NCBI GenBank assembly: GCA_951406725.2
Contig: OX597830.1
Span: 5,084,001 to 5,148,000 of the forward strand
Reading direction: 5' to 3'
Origin: Octopus vulgaris
Taxonomy: Eukaryota
DNA: 64,000 nucleotides
The notes beneath the pieces are model-generated. The model was given only the letters and a program-made list of their open reading frames with translations, was not told the DNA's origin and searched no databases. Positions 13,709 to 26,874 of this stretch are shown piece after piece (the first letter of the stretch is position 1; each line of letters opens with the position of its first letter). Both the position numbers and the translations under genes were made by a program.

Positions 13709-14350
13709 CATATATACAACTACATATATACATATACATATATACATTTTCTTTTTGCTTGTTTCAGCTTAGAGCTGCGTTTTGTGCTACACTGTTATTA
13801 CAAAGAACCTCTTCCTCTCTCTATAAAATTATGCTGTATTGCTACAGATTTTCTTTAAAAAAAATCATTATTTTTGTTATTTTTTAACGTTTTATAGAAA
13901 AGGTGGTTTCAGCAACTGCCTCGGAATGAGTAATAAGTATACAAAAATATATATGCATCACTAGTGCAGCTAGTGTGTGTGCCATCTGGAGCAGCCCTTC
14001 CATTTGCTGCCCCAGGATCCCACAAAAAAACACATACTGCCTACAGCAGACCCCAAAGTGGAGGTCCTTTAAAAGTGCCACCTGGGGCAGACCATCCCTA
14101 CTGCCTCACCTAGCTGTGCTAGTGATAGGCATTTCTATTTCATTGAGTAATTCTTAAAAAACTGAAATAGCAGTAATTCTTGCATAACGTAAAAATTTAA
14201 AATGTATGGGCCATGTAGGATACCTGACATGTTGATAGAGATATCTGATATAGGAATATGTTTAACAAAAGTGTTTCAAATATATATACATACATATATA
14301 CATGCATATATACATGCATATATACATGCATATATATATACATATATATG

Positions 14351-15223
14351 TATGTCAAACTGGTTGCTTCCTTGCGGTGATATAGAGGATCTTCGTTGAT
14401 GCCTCCACCAAATTTGGAGATGGTCTAACGAATGGGACCTGTGTCTGAATGTGTCAAAGTGCTGTCATCTGCCTGTTGGCTCTCCTCCTGCAACTCAACT
14501 TGATTTCGAGCCAGGTCGTCTGCTGCTGGAGAGGACCGATCCGGTAAAGGACCTGGGTATCTTGGTGGATTCCTCCTTTTCGCCTTCGGCCCAGTGCGTC
14601 CATGCTGCCAATAAAGCATGCGGAGCTCTGTTCTTGATTTGACGGTCATTCGGAAAGCTCACAGCAGCCATATTCTTACCGCTCTATGTCATGCTGGTGA
14701 GACCCATATTGGTGTACGGGATTCAAGCCTCTTCTCCTTATCTCCTCAAAGACATACAGCATCTCAAAAGAGTCCAGAAGCTGGCTACCCGCATGGTTCT
14801 TGGTCTCAAGAATGTCTTATGAAGAAAGGCTGAAGAAGCTCGACCTTTATTCTCTAGAAAAACACCGCCGCCGTGGTGATCCCATTCTTGCTCACAACAT
14901 CATAAGCGGAAAGTGTAACCTCTGGAAAGAGCTGTTCTTCACTCCTGCTCCAGAGCGTCGGCTGTGGGGTCACTCCGAAAAGCTCTATCTGCGAGGATTT
15001 CATCTCAATGGAAGGAGAGGGCTTTCTCCATCTGGGTTGCGGATCCGTGGAATAAGCTGCCGGACGAGATGGTGAAGATGCCGACAACCGCTTGGTTCAA
15101 AGTCTCCCTTGACCACAAGTGGCCTGAACTCTTTACCTGAACACCACCCTGTACATAACTCCATGTCCCCTACATGGCCTTGCTTTTTGCTTTTTGAGCC
15201 AAAGAATTAACTAACTAACTAAC
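14351..15223 (+). mobile_element. CR1/L2-group LINE 3' fragment, copy 2
   Basis: Duplicate of 12412-13283. Confidence 0.9.
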
Positions 15224-15589
15224 ATATACATATATACATACATATATACATGCATATATATATATATATATACCAGATATGATATAATTACATATTATAT
15301 TTTATATTTTATATTTATATTTCCTTGTCTAATTATATTTACAATATATTATGTATAATGCCTTTACTGTTTTGTAATGGTGTAATTAAGTATTGATTGG
15401 GTATCATCTGTTGGTTGATGTTTGATTGATTTAAGTATGTTTCTCCATTTTCTAATTTTGTAGAATTAATATATACATATATATATACATATATATATAT
15501 ATACAACTATGTATATACATATTGTTATATTTCGGAATGGTCATTTTGCCAGTTTAGCCAATAAAATCTTGCACAACAAATATATAAAC

Positions 15590-15636
<47 letters not shown>

Positions 15637-16324
15637 TACATATACATATATACATATATACAACTACATATATACATATACATATATACATTTTCTTTTT
15701 GCTTGTTTCAGCTTAGAGCTGCGTTTTGTGCTACACTGTTATTACAAAGAACCTCTTCCTCTCTCTATAAAATTATGCTGTATTGCTACAGATTTTCTTT
15801 AAAAAAAATCATTATTTTTGTTATTTTTTAACGTTTTATAGAAAAGGTGGTTTCAGCAACTGCCTCGGAATGAGTAATAAGTATACAAAAATATATATGC
15901 ATCACTAGTGCAGCTAGTGTGTGTGCCATCTGGAGCAGCCCTTCCATTTGCTGCCCCAGGATCCCACAAAAAAACACATACTGCCTACAGCAGACCCCAA
16001 AGTGGAGGTCCTTTAAAAGTGCCACCTGGGGCAGACCATCCCTACTGCCTCACCTAGCTGTGCTAGTGATAGGCATTTCTATTTCATTGAGTAATTCTTA
16101 AAAAACTGAAATAGCAGTAATTCTTGCATAATGTAAAGGTTTTAAAATGTATGGGCCATGTAGGATACCTGACATGTTGATAGAGATATCTGATGTAGGA
16201 ATATGTTTAACAAAAGTGTTTCAAATTCCACAGACAATATCAGAAGTGCAGTTTCAATTTTCATACAAAAAGAGATAATCAAGTCATCAATGTGTCAAAG
16301 TTTTAAAAAAACTTATGAAACACT

Positions 16325-16990
16325 GGAAGTGGCTGTGTAGTAAGATGTTTACTTCCCAACTCCGTGGTTCAAGGTTCAGTCCCAATGTATGAGATCTTGG
16401 GCAAATCTCTCGTGGAAGCGCCATCCAACCAAAGTACAAATATATGGGAAATTACCACCTGTATCATCTCTTGTGAAAAGTAGAAGATTCCAGTCTGCTG
16501 GACATTGTTGTAGAGCTGAAAACGAGGTAATTTCTACTCTTCTCCTCTGGAAGCCATCTGCTCGTGATACCAGAGGGCGCACACTCTCCTACCCTGATGT
16601 AATCACCATGGATACATGCATCCAGCAACAGGACCTCCATAATGCTATGATGGACCGTGAGGTTTGGTGTAACATAGTAAATTCCATTGTCTCGACCATG
16701 GTCGAACAATGATGATGAAAGCCTTGTGAGTGGATTTGGTAGAAGGAAGCTAAGAGAAGCCTGTCTCATGTGTCTGTGACTTTGTACCTGTTTTTGTCCC
16801 TCACCACCGATTGACAACCAGTGCTGGAGTGTTTATGCCATCACTAAGTGCGTTGGTAAATGAGTTCGACAGAATAAGAAGCAGTCTTTCAAAAAAATAT
16901 AAAGTACTGGGGTTGATTTGTTGAACTAAAATTCTTCAGGATGATGCTCCAGCACAGCCACAGTTTAATGGCTGAAACAAGTGAAAGGTA
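16325..16990 (+). mobile_element. tRNA-derived SINE interrupted by an RTE fragment
   Basis: SINE head gtggctgtgtagtaag...ggttcagtccca. The SINE resumes with aagccttgtgagtggatttggtag at ~16719. Confidence 0.8.
16403..16718 (+). mobile_element. RTE LINE 3' fragment (family B) with (TGA)n tail
   Basis: LSWKRHPTKVQIYGKLPPVS..RRFQSAGHCCR..LLLWKP..RGR..YPD..DL..AMMDREVW. Same family as 55132-55385. Confidence 0.88.
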
Positions 16991-17272
16991 AAAAATGCTG
17001 AGTGTATTTACAAGTATTTATATAAAAATTTCTTCAACTATCGTACATAACTGAAAGTTTCTTAATTACCTTCTGAAATGGAAGTATTACCTGTTCTAGC
17101 AAGTAAATGATAAACTATAAATTAAAACATTTTGTTTCTTGATGAGAAAGAGCATATTGCAAAGCTAAAGAGTGCTTTTTACCTTCAAATGTTTAAAGAA
17201 CAGTTCATATGGATTATTCCCAAAGCATGCGATATATTTTGATCAACATTAATGTCATCGTTTATGTTTCAG

Positions 17273-17479
17273 TTGCAGATCATGAGCGAGGAATCCAGAG
17301 TCGATCGCGAGCAATTCTGGCTTATCCTGCTGCAAGATCCACACTCTGTCCTACAAAACTTTACGAGAGTCGCCCATGCCATGCAAAGAATTGTTATACT
17401 TTCCGGTGGAAATATAGTAAATGGGATAAAGAAAAAAGACATGTATGGTGTGAAAGATCTGATTCTCTAAATGTTACAG
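17273..17479 (+). CDS. THSD7A: THSD7A/B-like exon
   Basis: Acceptor tttcag| (alternative 17279), donor cag|gtggga, phase 1->1. Reads VADHERGIQSRSRAILAYPAARSTLCPTKLYESRPCHAKNCYTFRWKYSKWDKEKRHVWCERSDSLNVTG; compare vertebrate THSD7A GIQVRSR...VWCQRSDGINVTG. Confidence 0.93.
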
Positions 17480-18751
17480 GTGGGACTCAATATTTTTATT
17501 TTATTTTTTATTTTTTCTACATGTTTTGGGTTAGATGCAGCAATTTTGTTTTATCTTCAAGAGAAGGACTTACCATTCTGAAGAATGGTAATTCCATAAC
17601 AGACCACTCAATAAAATTGGAATATAATCATCACTTCACCAGTTTTAATGGAACCTAGCACTGGAGTATATTTTGGACACAAAACAGGATTCCCAAGTTA
17701 TTAGCTAAATCTAACCAATAATTTAAAAGCCATGAGTAATTTTTATGATCAAATGGCATTTTCTTTCTTTTATATTTTATCAAATTACTGTAATTTTCTT
17801 CTTTTCACCTGTGGTTATATAAAAGTGTACATAGTTGGTGCGAGAATGATTTGTAGACTCCAAAAGTGCCACTGTCTTTTCATACGTAGGATGGACTATA
17901 TCACTAATAAGTGAATATTTGAAGTAGTCATTTGATCATTTGAATATAGGATTTCAGAAAAATTCATGGTTCCTAAAAAAGTTTCCTACCATTTCTCAAT
18001 GAATTAGCCCTGCATGCCATCCCTACTCTCTCTAATTCTTCAAAAGATTCTGGTACTAGTGGCTCCCACCCAAAGCCTTGATCACATCCTACTTCCTATG
18101 GGACTGTAAGCTCGATCAAATATCAAACAAGTTCAATCAATTTGCTAGAAATAGCAATCACATTTTCATCAAATCACTCTGACATCACCTTAAGAAGAGC
18201 AGGGTTGTAGAAATACCAAAAATTGAGTCAGAAATCTCTAAAACATGGAGTGGTTACGGTTGAAATGCTTTTGCTCAGGTTCGTCTGCTCAGTCAGAGTT
18301 TACTTAAGGTTAAACAGTAGCAACAACAGCAAGAGAAGAGAAAATTTTAAGAAATGTAAAAAAAAAAGAATTTTTATTCATATTATAGTTAAATTATTGG
18401 ATTCCTTTACATTTTGCTTCAAATCATTAATGAAGAAAATGTAAAGATTTCCTTACAACATCCATTGACAAGGTTGCAAAAGCAATGAAAGTTTTGGAAG
18501 AAAAAATATATATAATGAGTGGAAATCAAACTGGTGAGTGTGTTAGGTAAGGTATTAAGACAATATGATTCTCCCAAGAGATAACAAAATTTGCTTCAAC
18601 ACACAAATTCACAAAGAATCACGCAAACGAGAAACAAAAATGAAGTAAGACATAATAGTCTTCATTGTAGTGAATAGTTTTGTAAAATTTGAGAAAGGTA
18701 AGTGATGTGGAAAGCATGTAAGACTTATACACTTTATTTCATGGTTATAGC

Positions 18752-19044
18752 CAGTGGTGGACTGGGTCTAAATATATTGGTTGCCAGGAGACTAAGGGGG
18801 CCCACTAGCAACTACAATGCTATCATTTAAGTTTTATTTTTTTGTTAAAAGTATTCTTTTCGTCTGTCTACAAACACGGCCAGGCTGAAATAATTAATGC
18901 ATTCTTCCAGGAGTGAATAAAAAATTCTCAAATTTGAGGGGATGTGTCCCTTAGATACTAACATGGGCCCCCATATATGGATTCTAATGGCACAGGATCC
19001 CACTTTCCATTGGGCAAGCTGGAAACCTGGTCAGTTCACCACTG
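18752..19044 (+). mobile_element. hAT-type MITE
   Basis: TIRs cagtggtggactg / cagttcaccactg. 8-bp TSD gttatagc/gttataaa. Second copy at 63105. Confidence 0.8.
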
Positions 19045-19087
19045 GTTATAAAACAATCTATTTTTTCTTCTTTTCTACCAAAAACAG

Positions 19088-19303
19088 GTGCTTGTGATGA
19101 AACCACTTATCCTGGTGACACGCTTAGCTGTGATCCGCCTTGTCCTGGCAATGACTCAAAGTGTTCTGATGTAAATGTGTGTCAGTGTCTAACTTCCTAT
19201 GAGCCAATCTATCGTGATAATATCCTAATTGGCTGTGGCCCACCAACAGTTACTAACACACAAACGAAGATCACAACAAAAGAAAATAATCCCAATAATT
19301 CAT
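19088..19303 (+). CDS. THSD7A: THSD7A/B-like exon (Cys-rich juxtamembrane region and Thr-rich stalk)
   Basis: Acceptor aaacag|, donor t|gtaagt, phase 1->1. Reads GACDETTYPGDTLSCDPPCPGNDSKCSDVNVCQCLTSYEP...TVTNTQTKITT; compare THSD7A SCNPPC...CSETKTCHCEEGY. Confidence 0.92.
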
Positions 19304-19519
19304 GTAAGTATTACAACTATTTTTATTCTTACTTCGTTTGTCCTTCGTTTTCACTTGCATCAGTTTTCGTGTTAATTAGCCTGTAATTTGAGTTGAGTTT
19401 GATAACTTAGGGTCAGATATTAATGCTCAAATCATATTAATGTTGGTTACCTTTCATCTAAGTTCAGCTTCAACAGACAATATTTGTAGCATATTCACAA
19501 CATATAGAATAATAATAAT

Positions 19520-19712
19520 AGTTTCAAATATTGGCACAGGGCCAGCAATTTGGGGGTAATGGGGTAAGTTGATTACATCAACCCCAAGCACTCAACTATT
19601 ATTAAAATCTATTGACTTCAGCAGAATTTGAACTTAGAAAAAGAAGGTGCAAGAAATACTGCTCAGCATTTTGCCTAGCTCACTAAAAATTCTGCCAGCT
19701 TGCCACATTAAA
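19520..19712 (-). mobile_element. SINE (family with gcctttcatcctttcggggtcgataaattaagtaccag core), degenerate
   Basis: Reverse complement of the head gagctggcagaa...ttagc and ttctgagttcaaattc. Confidence 0.65.
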
Positions 19713-20157
19713 TAGTAGAGAATAATAATAATTTCTTTTATTAGCCACAAGGGGCATAGATGAGGGGGACAGCACAAAGACCATCAACAATTTGTGCTGA
19801 GCTTTACGTAATGACTTTTGATGTCAGCACAATGTCAACAATTTCAAGGGGCAGATGTTATTCAATTATAATGACCACACTGCTAGAGGGTGGGGTGAAA
19901 GATGAAGGGTGTGCTTTGGTAGTATTCACTCTAGCTCTTCATGGTCTATTTTCAAGTCCTGTTGTGGTCAACATTGCCATTGATCCTCAGAGTCAATAAA
20001 ATAAAGTACCAGTTAAGTACTGGGGATCAATCTAATTGATTAACCCCACTCGTTAGTTTTACAACTGAGTTAGGAACCATCTTTATTATTATGAGTTTCT
20101 TCTTCAATTTTGTTTCCATTTCTTGCCAAGTGTCTTCCTAACATCTAGGGCAAAGAA

Positions 20158-20219
<62 letters not shown>

Positions 20220-20220
<1 letters not shown>

Positions 20221-20435
20221 TGTAGTGAGCTGGCAGAATCATTAGCACACTGGGTGAATTGCTTAGCAGCATTTCATCTGCCGCTACATTCTGAGTTCAA
20301 ATTCTACTAAGGTCAACTTTGTCTTTCATACTTTCAGGGTCGATAAATTAAGTTTCAGTCAAATACTGGGGCTGGTGTGATCATCTTATCCACTCCCCAA
20401 AGATTTCATGCCTTGTGCCTACAGTAGAAAAGATT
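20220..20435 (+). mobile_element. SINE, same family, flanked by (TTA)n
   Basis: gtgagctggcagaatcattagcacac...tctgagttcaaattc...gggtcgataaattaagt. (ATT)n on both sides. Confidence 0.8.
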
Positions 20436-20437
20436 AC

Positions 20438-20469
<32 letters not shown>

Positions 20470-21469
20470 GCAAATATCCAAGCAGCTTTATGTAATGATG
20501 GAGTGTATAAAACTTTATATACTTTCTATAGATAACAGTAAGAATATATATTTAAATCTAATTTACTCTCATCATGCATAAATATGTTACAAGTATTTTC
20601 AAAGATGATAAAAATGCCAACATTTTGATTGACAATTTTTTCAATGATTTGACATTTGAGATATGTTTTTCTTTTAACTATCAATTCATGATTACAGTTC
20701 TCTTACTTTCTTTAACATCTTTTTTTAAACTTGTTACCATGTTGATGAGATGAATCTTGAACATTTTGGCATTAAAAATTTTTTTTTTTTTAACATCATA
20801 GTTCGAAATCCAAATATCACTGGTTGACTAAACGATTTTCTCCTGAATCATTATTAAAATGACAAGAATTTCGATAATATTTTGAGTTTTATTCCAACAA
20901 CTCAACATATATTCAAATGTTAAGAAAATTTAGAAAAAATGGGACACAGAATCAGTCAAAGAAACTTTATTAAATAAATTTGCAGAGACAAGTCATTTGA
21001 AATAACTACTATCAAAATGATCATCAACATCATCTTCCATGCCAATATGAGTTGAATGGTTTGACAGTGCGTAATGAGTTAGAGGATTTCATCACAGGCC
21101 AACGTTTGCTTGAACCACTTTTTATTGGGAGCTTTTTCATAGCACCAGCATTAGTGAGGTTACCTGGTAGCTTGCAACACAGGGATCACCCTCGACAGAG
21201 TGGAGTACAGTTGGGAGTGAGGCAGTTTTATGCCCAGCAATGACAGACTAAAGTTGGAAAAAAAAAAGGGCCAGGACAGATTTCTTGTTGAAACCACAAG
21301 ATCCTTTGAATTAAATAAGAGTGGGTGGGAGTAAGTAAAATAGAGTTAGAAAGAGGTGTGATAATTCAAAATTTAAATATTTTTAATCATTATCCTGTTT
21401 ATGGAAAAATTAGAAATTTTTGAATATTTATGACATAAATTAAAATAAAGTGCAATTTTTCTGTTTCAG

Positions 21470-21563
21470 ACAAGAGAGGAAGCATGTCAATTTGGATGTA
21501 CGCAGTGATTGGTGGAGGTACTCTGGCTGTTGCAGGACTGACATACTTCTTCTATGCTATATG
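21470..21563 (+). CDS. THSD7A: THSD7A/B-like transmembrane exon
   Basis: Acceptor ctgtttcag|, phase 1->2. Reads YKRGSMSIWMYAVIGGGTLAVAGLTYFFYAI(C), a hydrophobic helix resembling THSD7A WVYGVAAGAF...IYLAC. Donor tg|gtatca. Confidence 0.85.
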
Positions 21564-22818
21564 GTATCATCATTTCATAGATTTTAAGTAGAATTCCTTT
21601 TGCATTTTTACAGTCTTTTGATGTTGTTAAATCATTAAAGTCTCTATAAAGATTTATTTAATTTGTATTTCATTGACTATTTTATCACAGTTCTATGATA
21701 TCTTTATAACAAATGGAAAATTTCTGTTGTGAAAACTCTTGTATATAAAATTTGTTAAACTAATCATCATAAACTAATTCAGTGAAATATCCAGATTTTA
21801 CAGCATATTTTCATCTGCTCTTTGATAATTCTGAATGAAAATTGATTCCTTGTCATTTATTACCACCTATCTATCTTTTATGTTTACATCAGCTTTTAAG
21901 CTGAGCACTTTCTACTTAGAAACTTATAGACAAACTCTACTGTTAACACATCTTTCCTACAGTCAAACCACTTCTAAATCAGCTAACAAATATTTCTTTG
22001 AATGTTACTGAAATTAATATTTTGAAAACACAAGTGATCCTGTTGTGAAATGGTCATTTGTCTCCAACAACTCTCAGCTGTCAGGTTTAATTTAAACACT
22101 GTTACACACACTAAAAGCAATTTAGTTGAATAGCATTTTAGTCTTAATTCTTCACAGTATATCCAATGGTTTATCAGATGTTTTCTTTGTTTTCTTAACA
22201 ATGGAGCAATTAATAAGGTTATGCTATATAGTTTCATAGTGACAATTCTGTTTTCAATTTGCATTACAGCCATTTTTACAAAATGAATTTTGAAAATCTG
22301 AGTCTTTGAATATCATTGTTTTAAAATTCATCTAACCTTGTTGCTAATCAGAATGATGGAGCAAAGTTAGAAACTTTATTGTCATGGAGAGATCTGAGGC
22401 AAACAAAGTGGTGTGGATTCCAAAGGCAAATCAATCTAAAAGTAAAATTTCATTTTCTATTTCAATAGAATTTTAGGAAAATAAAAATAAGAAATAAGTG
22501 GAAATTTTACCGGTGAGTGTGTTACATTATAAGGCACAAAAAGAAAATGACTCTCCCCAGACACAACAGAATTTATGTTATTGCAATGGACAAATTAATA
22601 TTTTATATTATAGCAAGTGCAGGTAGGTTTGTAAAATAACTTCAGTGCCAAACAAATGCCAGGCAGTATTTAGTTACACTTCTTATTCTGATTGCAAACC
22701 TTACTGCAGTCAGTTCTACCTTTCATCTTCTCAGTGGTCAATACAGTTAAGCATCTTTTAATCAACCAAGTGCTCTTCTTAAATTTGCAGCCTAAGTTAG
22801 AAATCAATATTCTATATC

Positions 22819-22860
<42 letters not shown>

Positions 22861-23087
22861 ATTTGTTGATTCATTGTTTTTCTCTTTGCCTTCATAAAAA
22901 AGTACGTTTACCGTCATGAATTTTTAACTCCTTTTTCTAATTTCGGTATGTGGTGAAGCAGTTAGCTGAACCCTAATTATAATTATGTGGATAATTTTAC
23001 CTATAAAGGTTAGTTTAACGTACCAATCTACTTGGTAAAATAATTAATTAATTGACTAATTAATTAATAAATTTTACCCTTCTATTA

Positions 23088-23123
<36 letters not shown>

Positions 23124-23689
23124 TCTACAGCCATTGTATAGCAGAAAGGTTACTGGATAAGGTTTTGTCCCTTAAATCAGAAAGGTGAAGTAGGATCAGT
23201 AGTAGAAATATATAGAAATAAAACAAGGAGTGCTTTAATGTGGAAGACTGCATTTAAAGTTTTGAGTAAAACTTAGAATGGCAACAAGACTAGAGAGGAA
23301 CAGAGAAGCTGGTAGAATATGCAATTGCAAATAAAGCCATGTAGAGGTATCATACTTCATTGTACAGCCATCCTACATGCTTACAGAAGTGTTGCACTTT
23401 TGACTATTTTACTATGAAATAGGGTTTTCATAATGCAAAACAGTTTCCCTTGATTCTCTCTTCATTGACAAACCAATGAACGAAATGGAATTTGTGTTGT
23501 GAAACTCCCCATGAAGATTTTGGGGAACACAAGGCTTTCATAACTCAATAGGCATCTTTAGTCATGATAGTAAAATGAAAATAAACTTATTCCAACCTTC
23601 AGTGTAGCACAAATACTACAGAAATACATTGCCATTTCCTTGGTGTAACAGAAATTTGTAAAATGATTGTGGAATAATTCTAAACTATT

Positions 23690-23907
23690 GACCATTTATA
23701 TTGCTTTGTCAAATGTATTGTTTATTTATTCACATTGTTTTGAATTAATCATACCTTATCTTGTAGCTTCAAGATTTCAATGGTGTATTTATATATTTTT
23801 ACAATGACATTGTAGAGTAGGTGTGAGAGGTTGAATCTGATCACTTTTAACATAAAACAGGTAGAATATCTGGGCCTGAAATGAGCAGATTAAATGCCAA
23901 AGTGTAA
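23690..23907 (+). mobile_element. TTAA-type (piggyBac-like) MITE, degenerate
   Basis: Homologous to 41476-41695 (ttcacattgttttgaattaatc...ggtgtgagagg...ggtagaatatctggg). Confidence 0.6.
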
Positions 23908-24055
23908 GATCAAATACCATAATGAATGTTTCCTTAAATCCTTAAAAATGTTTTAGCCCGAAGGCCGCGGCCATGCTGGGGCACCACCACTGAGTATTAC
24001 TTTTATATGTTTCTTTTCACTTTCTTTGTAACAATCTTTTTTTTTCTCATCTCAG

Positions 24056-24203
24056 TGGATTATTTCGAAAAGGCCCACGTGACAGAGACAGCCGATCGCA
24101 TGGTCAGGATACAACTTCACAACATCTTTCAATTGATGAACAAGCAGTTCAATGCAATCATGTCCAGGCATTTGTTGAGGCTCAGCAAGAAAACAATGAA
24201 AAT
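24056..24203 (+). CDS. THSD7A: THSD7A/B-like cytoplasmic-tail exon
   Basis: Long pyrimidine tract ending ctcag|, phase 2 compatible. Reads CGLFRKGPRDRDSRSHGQDTTSQHLSIDEQAVQCNHVQAFVEAQQENNEN (basic stop-transfer segment). Donor gtatgt at 24204, or read-through to VCTA* at 24218. Confidence 0.72.
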
Positions 24204-25460
24204 GTATGTACAGCTTAACATATTTACAACTTTTATTATGCATTCTCATCCACATTTACTCTACAAATTTTATCTGTCACACTCACTTCAGTCAGTATTT
24301 TTGCATAGTCGCACACACACACACAAACACACACACACTCTGCTTTTATAATTTTATTGTCAATCTCTCATTAAGAAAACATTTAGATAACAAAATACAA
24401 AATTAAAATTGTTTCTACAAAGGTAACTTGAAAGATTTACTTCAAGTTTTGCATTTTTTTCCTTTAAACCATTTAGATTATTGAAGTGAGGTGCTGATCA
24501 GGTATAAGAATAATCTAAAGTTTGATATAATAATCATTTGAGCTAAGAAATTTTTGTCAAATTATTTTTATAACCATAAGAAATCATTTTATGCTTTTTT
24601 ACCTTTTGAGATCAACTTAAACAAGTGTTTTTCTGTATTGTAATTAGTAATTCTCATTATAATGCTTCCCCATAAATTAATTAGCTTATTATAGGAAATA
24701 TTCATTAACTTTATATTTTATCTTGATATACATTTATGAAACAAAGTTCTTTGATTGATATAATCTACATTGAAAAATGTTCGTTATGACAGATTTTTCC
24801 ACAATATTTATAATTTTTATATATCAGATCAATAATAACAACAGCAATAATAGGAGTAATAATATCAATAACATTAACAAAGTTCACATTTTGAAATATT
24901 AAATGGATAACAAAACAGGGGAAAAATTATCCAATTATATGAGTAGTGCTATCCTTTTGATTTATTTCACAAAAGTAAATATGCATCTATTTATTGTACA
25001 TACAAGCTAATTAGTAGTGGAAGTAAGCATTAATTAAGGAAGATTTCTAATATGAAATTGGGTTAATTAACTCAGTTGTCTTGCACAATCAACTGTAAAA
25101 CATTATTACATTATGTAAGTAGAGATCTGTTGAGGTAGTAGTACATGAAATACTTTTGTAGGAAGAAATATTTACAGATTGACTCTGATCTTTACGTTTT
25201 TAGTTGTGGTCAGACTGACATAAAATCATCAATCAATACCAGTATTTAGAAATTGATTATAAATTATAATTCTCCCAGTATATGTTAGCATACTATAAAT
25301 ATTTAATCATTACAACTACCATAAATTTTGATTCAAATTATAAACAAACAAACAATGCAAGTACATGCAAGCCATGGAAATCAATACATAAATGTTTTAA
25401 TTCCATATAGAGGGAAATGTATATCAGGAAGAAATAGCTTTCACAATATAGTTTTGTTAC

Positions 25461-25665
25461 TAAGGCAGTGAGCTGGCAGAATCGCTAGCATGCCAGGCAA
25501 AATGCCTAGCAATATTTCATCTGTTCTGAGTTCAAATTCCACCAAGGTCGACTTTGCCTTTCATCCTTTGGGGATCAATAAATTAAGTACCAGTTACGCA
25601 CTAGGATCGATATAATCGACTGGCCCTCTCCCCCAAAATTTCAGGTCTTGTGCCTAAAGTATAGT
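25461..25665 (+). mobile_element. SINE (same family as 20220 and 61362)
   Basis: aaggcagtgagctggcagaatcgctagc...gtcgactttgcctttcatcctttgggga..aaattaagtaccag. Confidence 0.8.
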
Positions 25666-26215
25666 TTTGTTCCTTTACATTCTGGTTTCAAATCTCAGAG
25701 GAGCTAACTTTACTTTGCACTCACTGGGATTCGTAAATCAATCACCAGTCAAATACTAGATTCAATTAGATTAAGCATACCCTTTCTCAAAACCAGTAGC
25801 TTTATGCTTATATTAAGAATAAAGCAATTGATTAACAGTTTCAGCCAGTTGTGATTTCAGTCACAATGGTTTATTCTAAATGATATGTATATTGATTTCA
25901 GCAACAGAATTCCATTAATACCTTAAATGATTATCTGCAAGACCTATTATTACCTGTGATTTAAAGTAGTAGTTAATATCTGCGCAAAGTGTGCATCATG
26001 ATACAACATAGTGGAGGATAATCTAGCAGCAGCAAACTAACAGTTATTTAGTTTATTTAACATCAGTTAATAAGAATTGATTTTGCCAGAAGTATTCCCT
26101 TATTCTGATACCTGATAAAAAAAAAATTGTTATCCATAAGAAAAATATATGTACACCAACAACACAAAAGTCAAACTATCTTATCAATATTAACTTAAAA
26201 CGATTTTACATCTTG

Positions 26216-26260
<45 letters not shown>

Positions 26261-26874
26261 TATATAGATAGATAGATAGATAGATATATATACATACACA
26301 AACTTCTGAAAGTGTGAGCCTAAACTACAATTTTTTATCATTATTTTCAAGCATCAAAAATCTTGATATTAATCATAATTTTATCTATAAATAGGAACAA
26401 GTATCTTATTCTCTCAAATAAAGTAAATTGTTGAAGTTGCATTGTATTTACAGTTAAGGCTATTATTGTTAAAATTTTAAATGTAAGAAACCTGAATTTC
26501 GCCTCATTTAATATTTTTTAGAAATTTACATAAATTAGTTTCATCATCTCCATCATCATCACCATGGTTTTAATATGTTTCACTATAGGAAAGGTTAGAT
26601 GAGATGTCAGAACACTATTTTTCCATAAATTTCCATCTTGTTCCACAAACCTAATTGTTTCGATTCCAAAGTCTATGTTTCTACTCTTATCATAATAAAA
26701 ATCTCTATTTACATTCCAATGCAGCAATACCAATTAATTTGAAGAACTTTTTCACCAATTTTTATTAGCAAATGTCTAAGATTATTTTTAATCACTGTCT
26801 AAATTTTCTTTCCCCCAATCTTCCTATTATATTTATATTGTCAAACTACAATCAGTTTTGTTTTTCCTATTTAG

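Noticed and set aside
24007-24351. 114-aa ORF with hydrophobic N-terminus
   Set aside because: The N-terminus is the polypyrimidine tract, and the phase-compatible exon uses a different frame.
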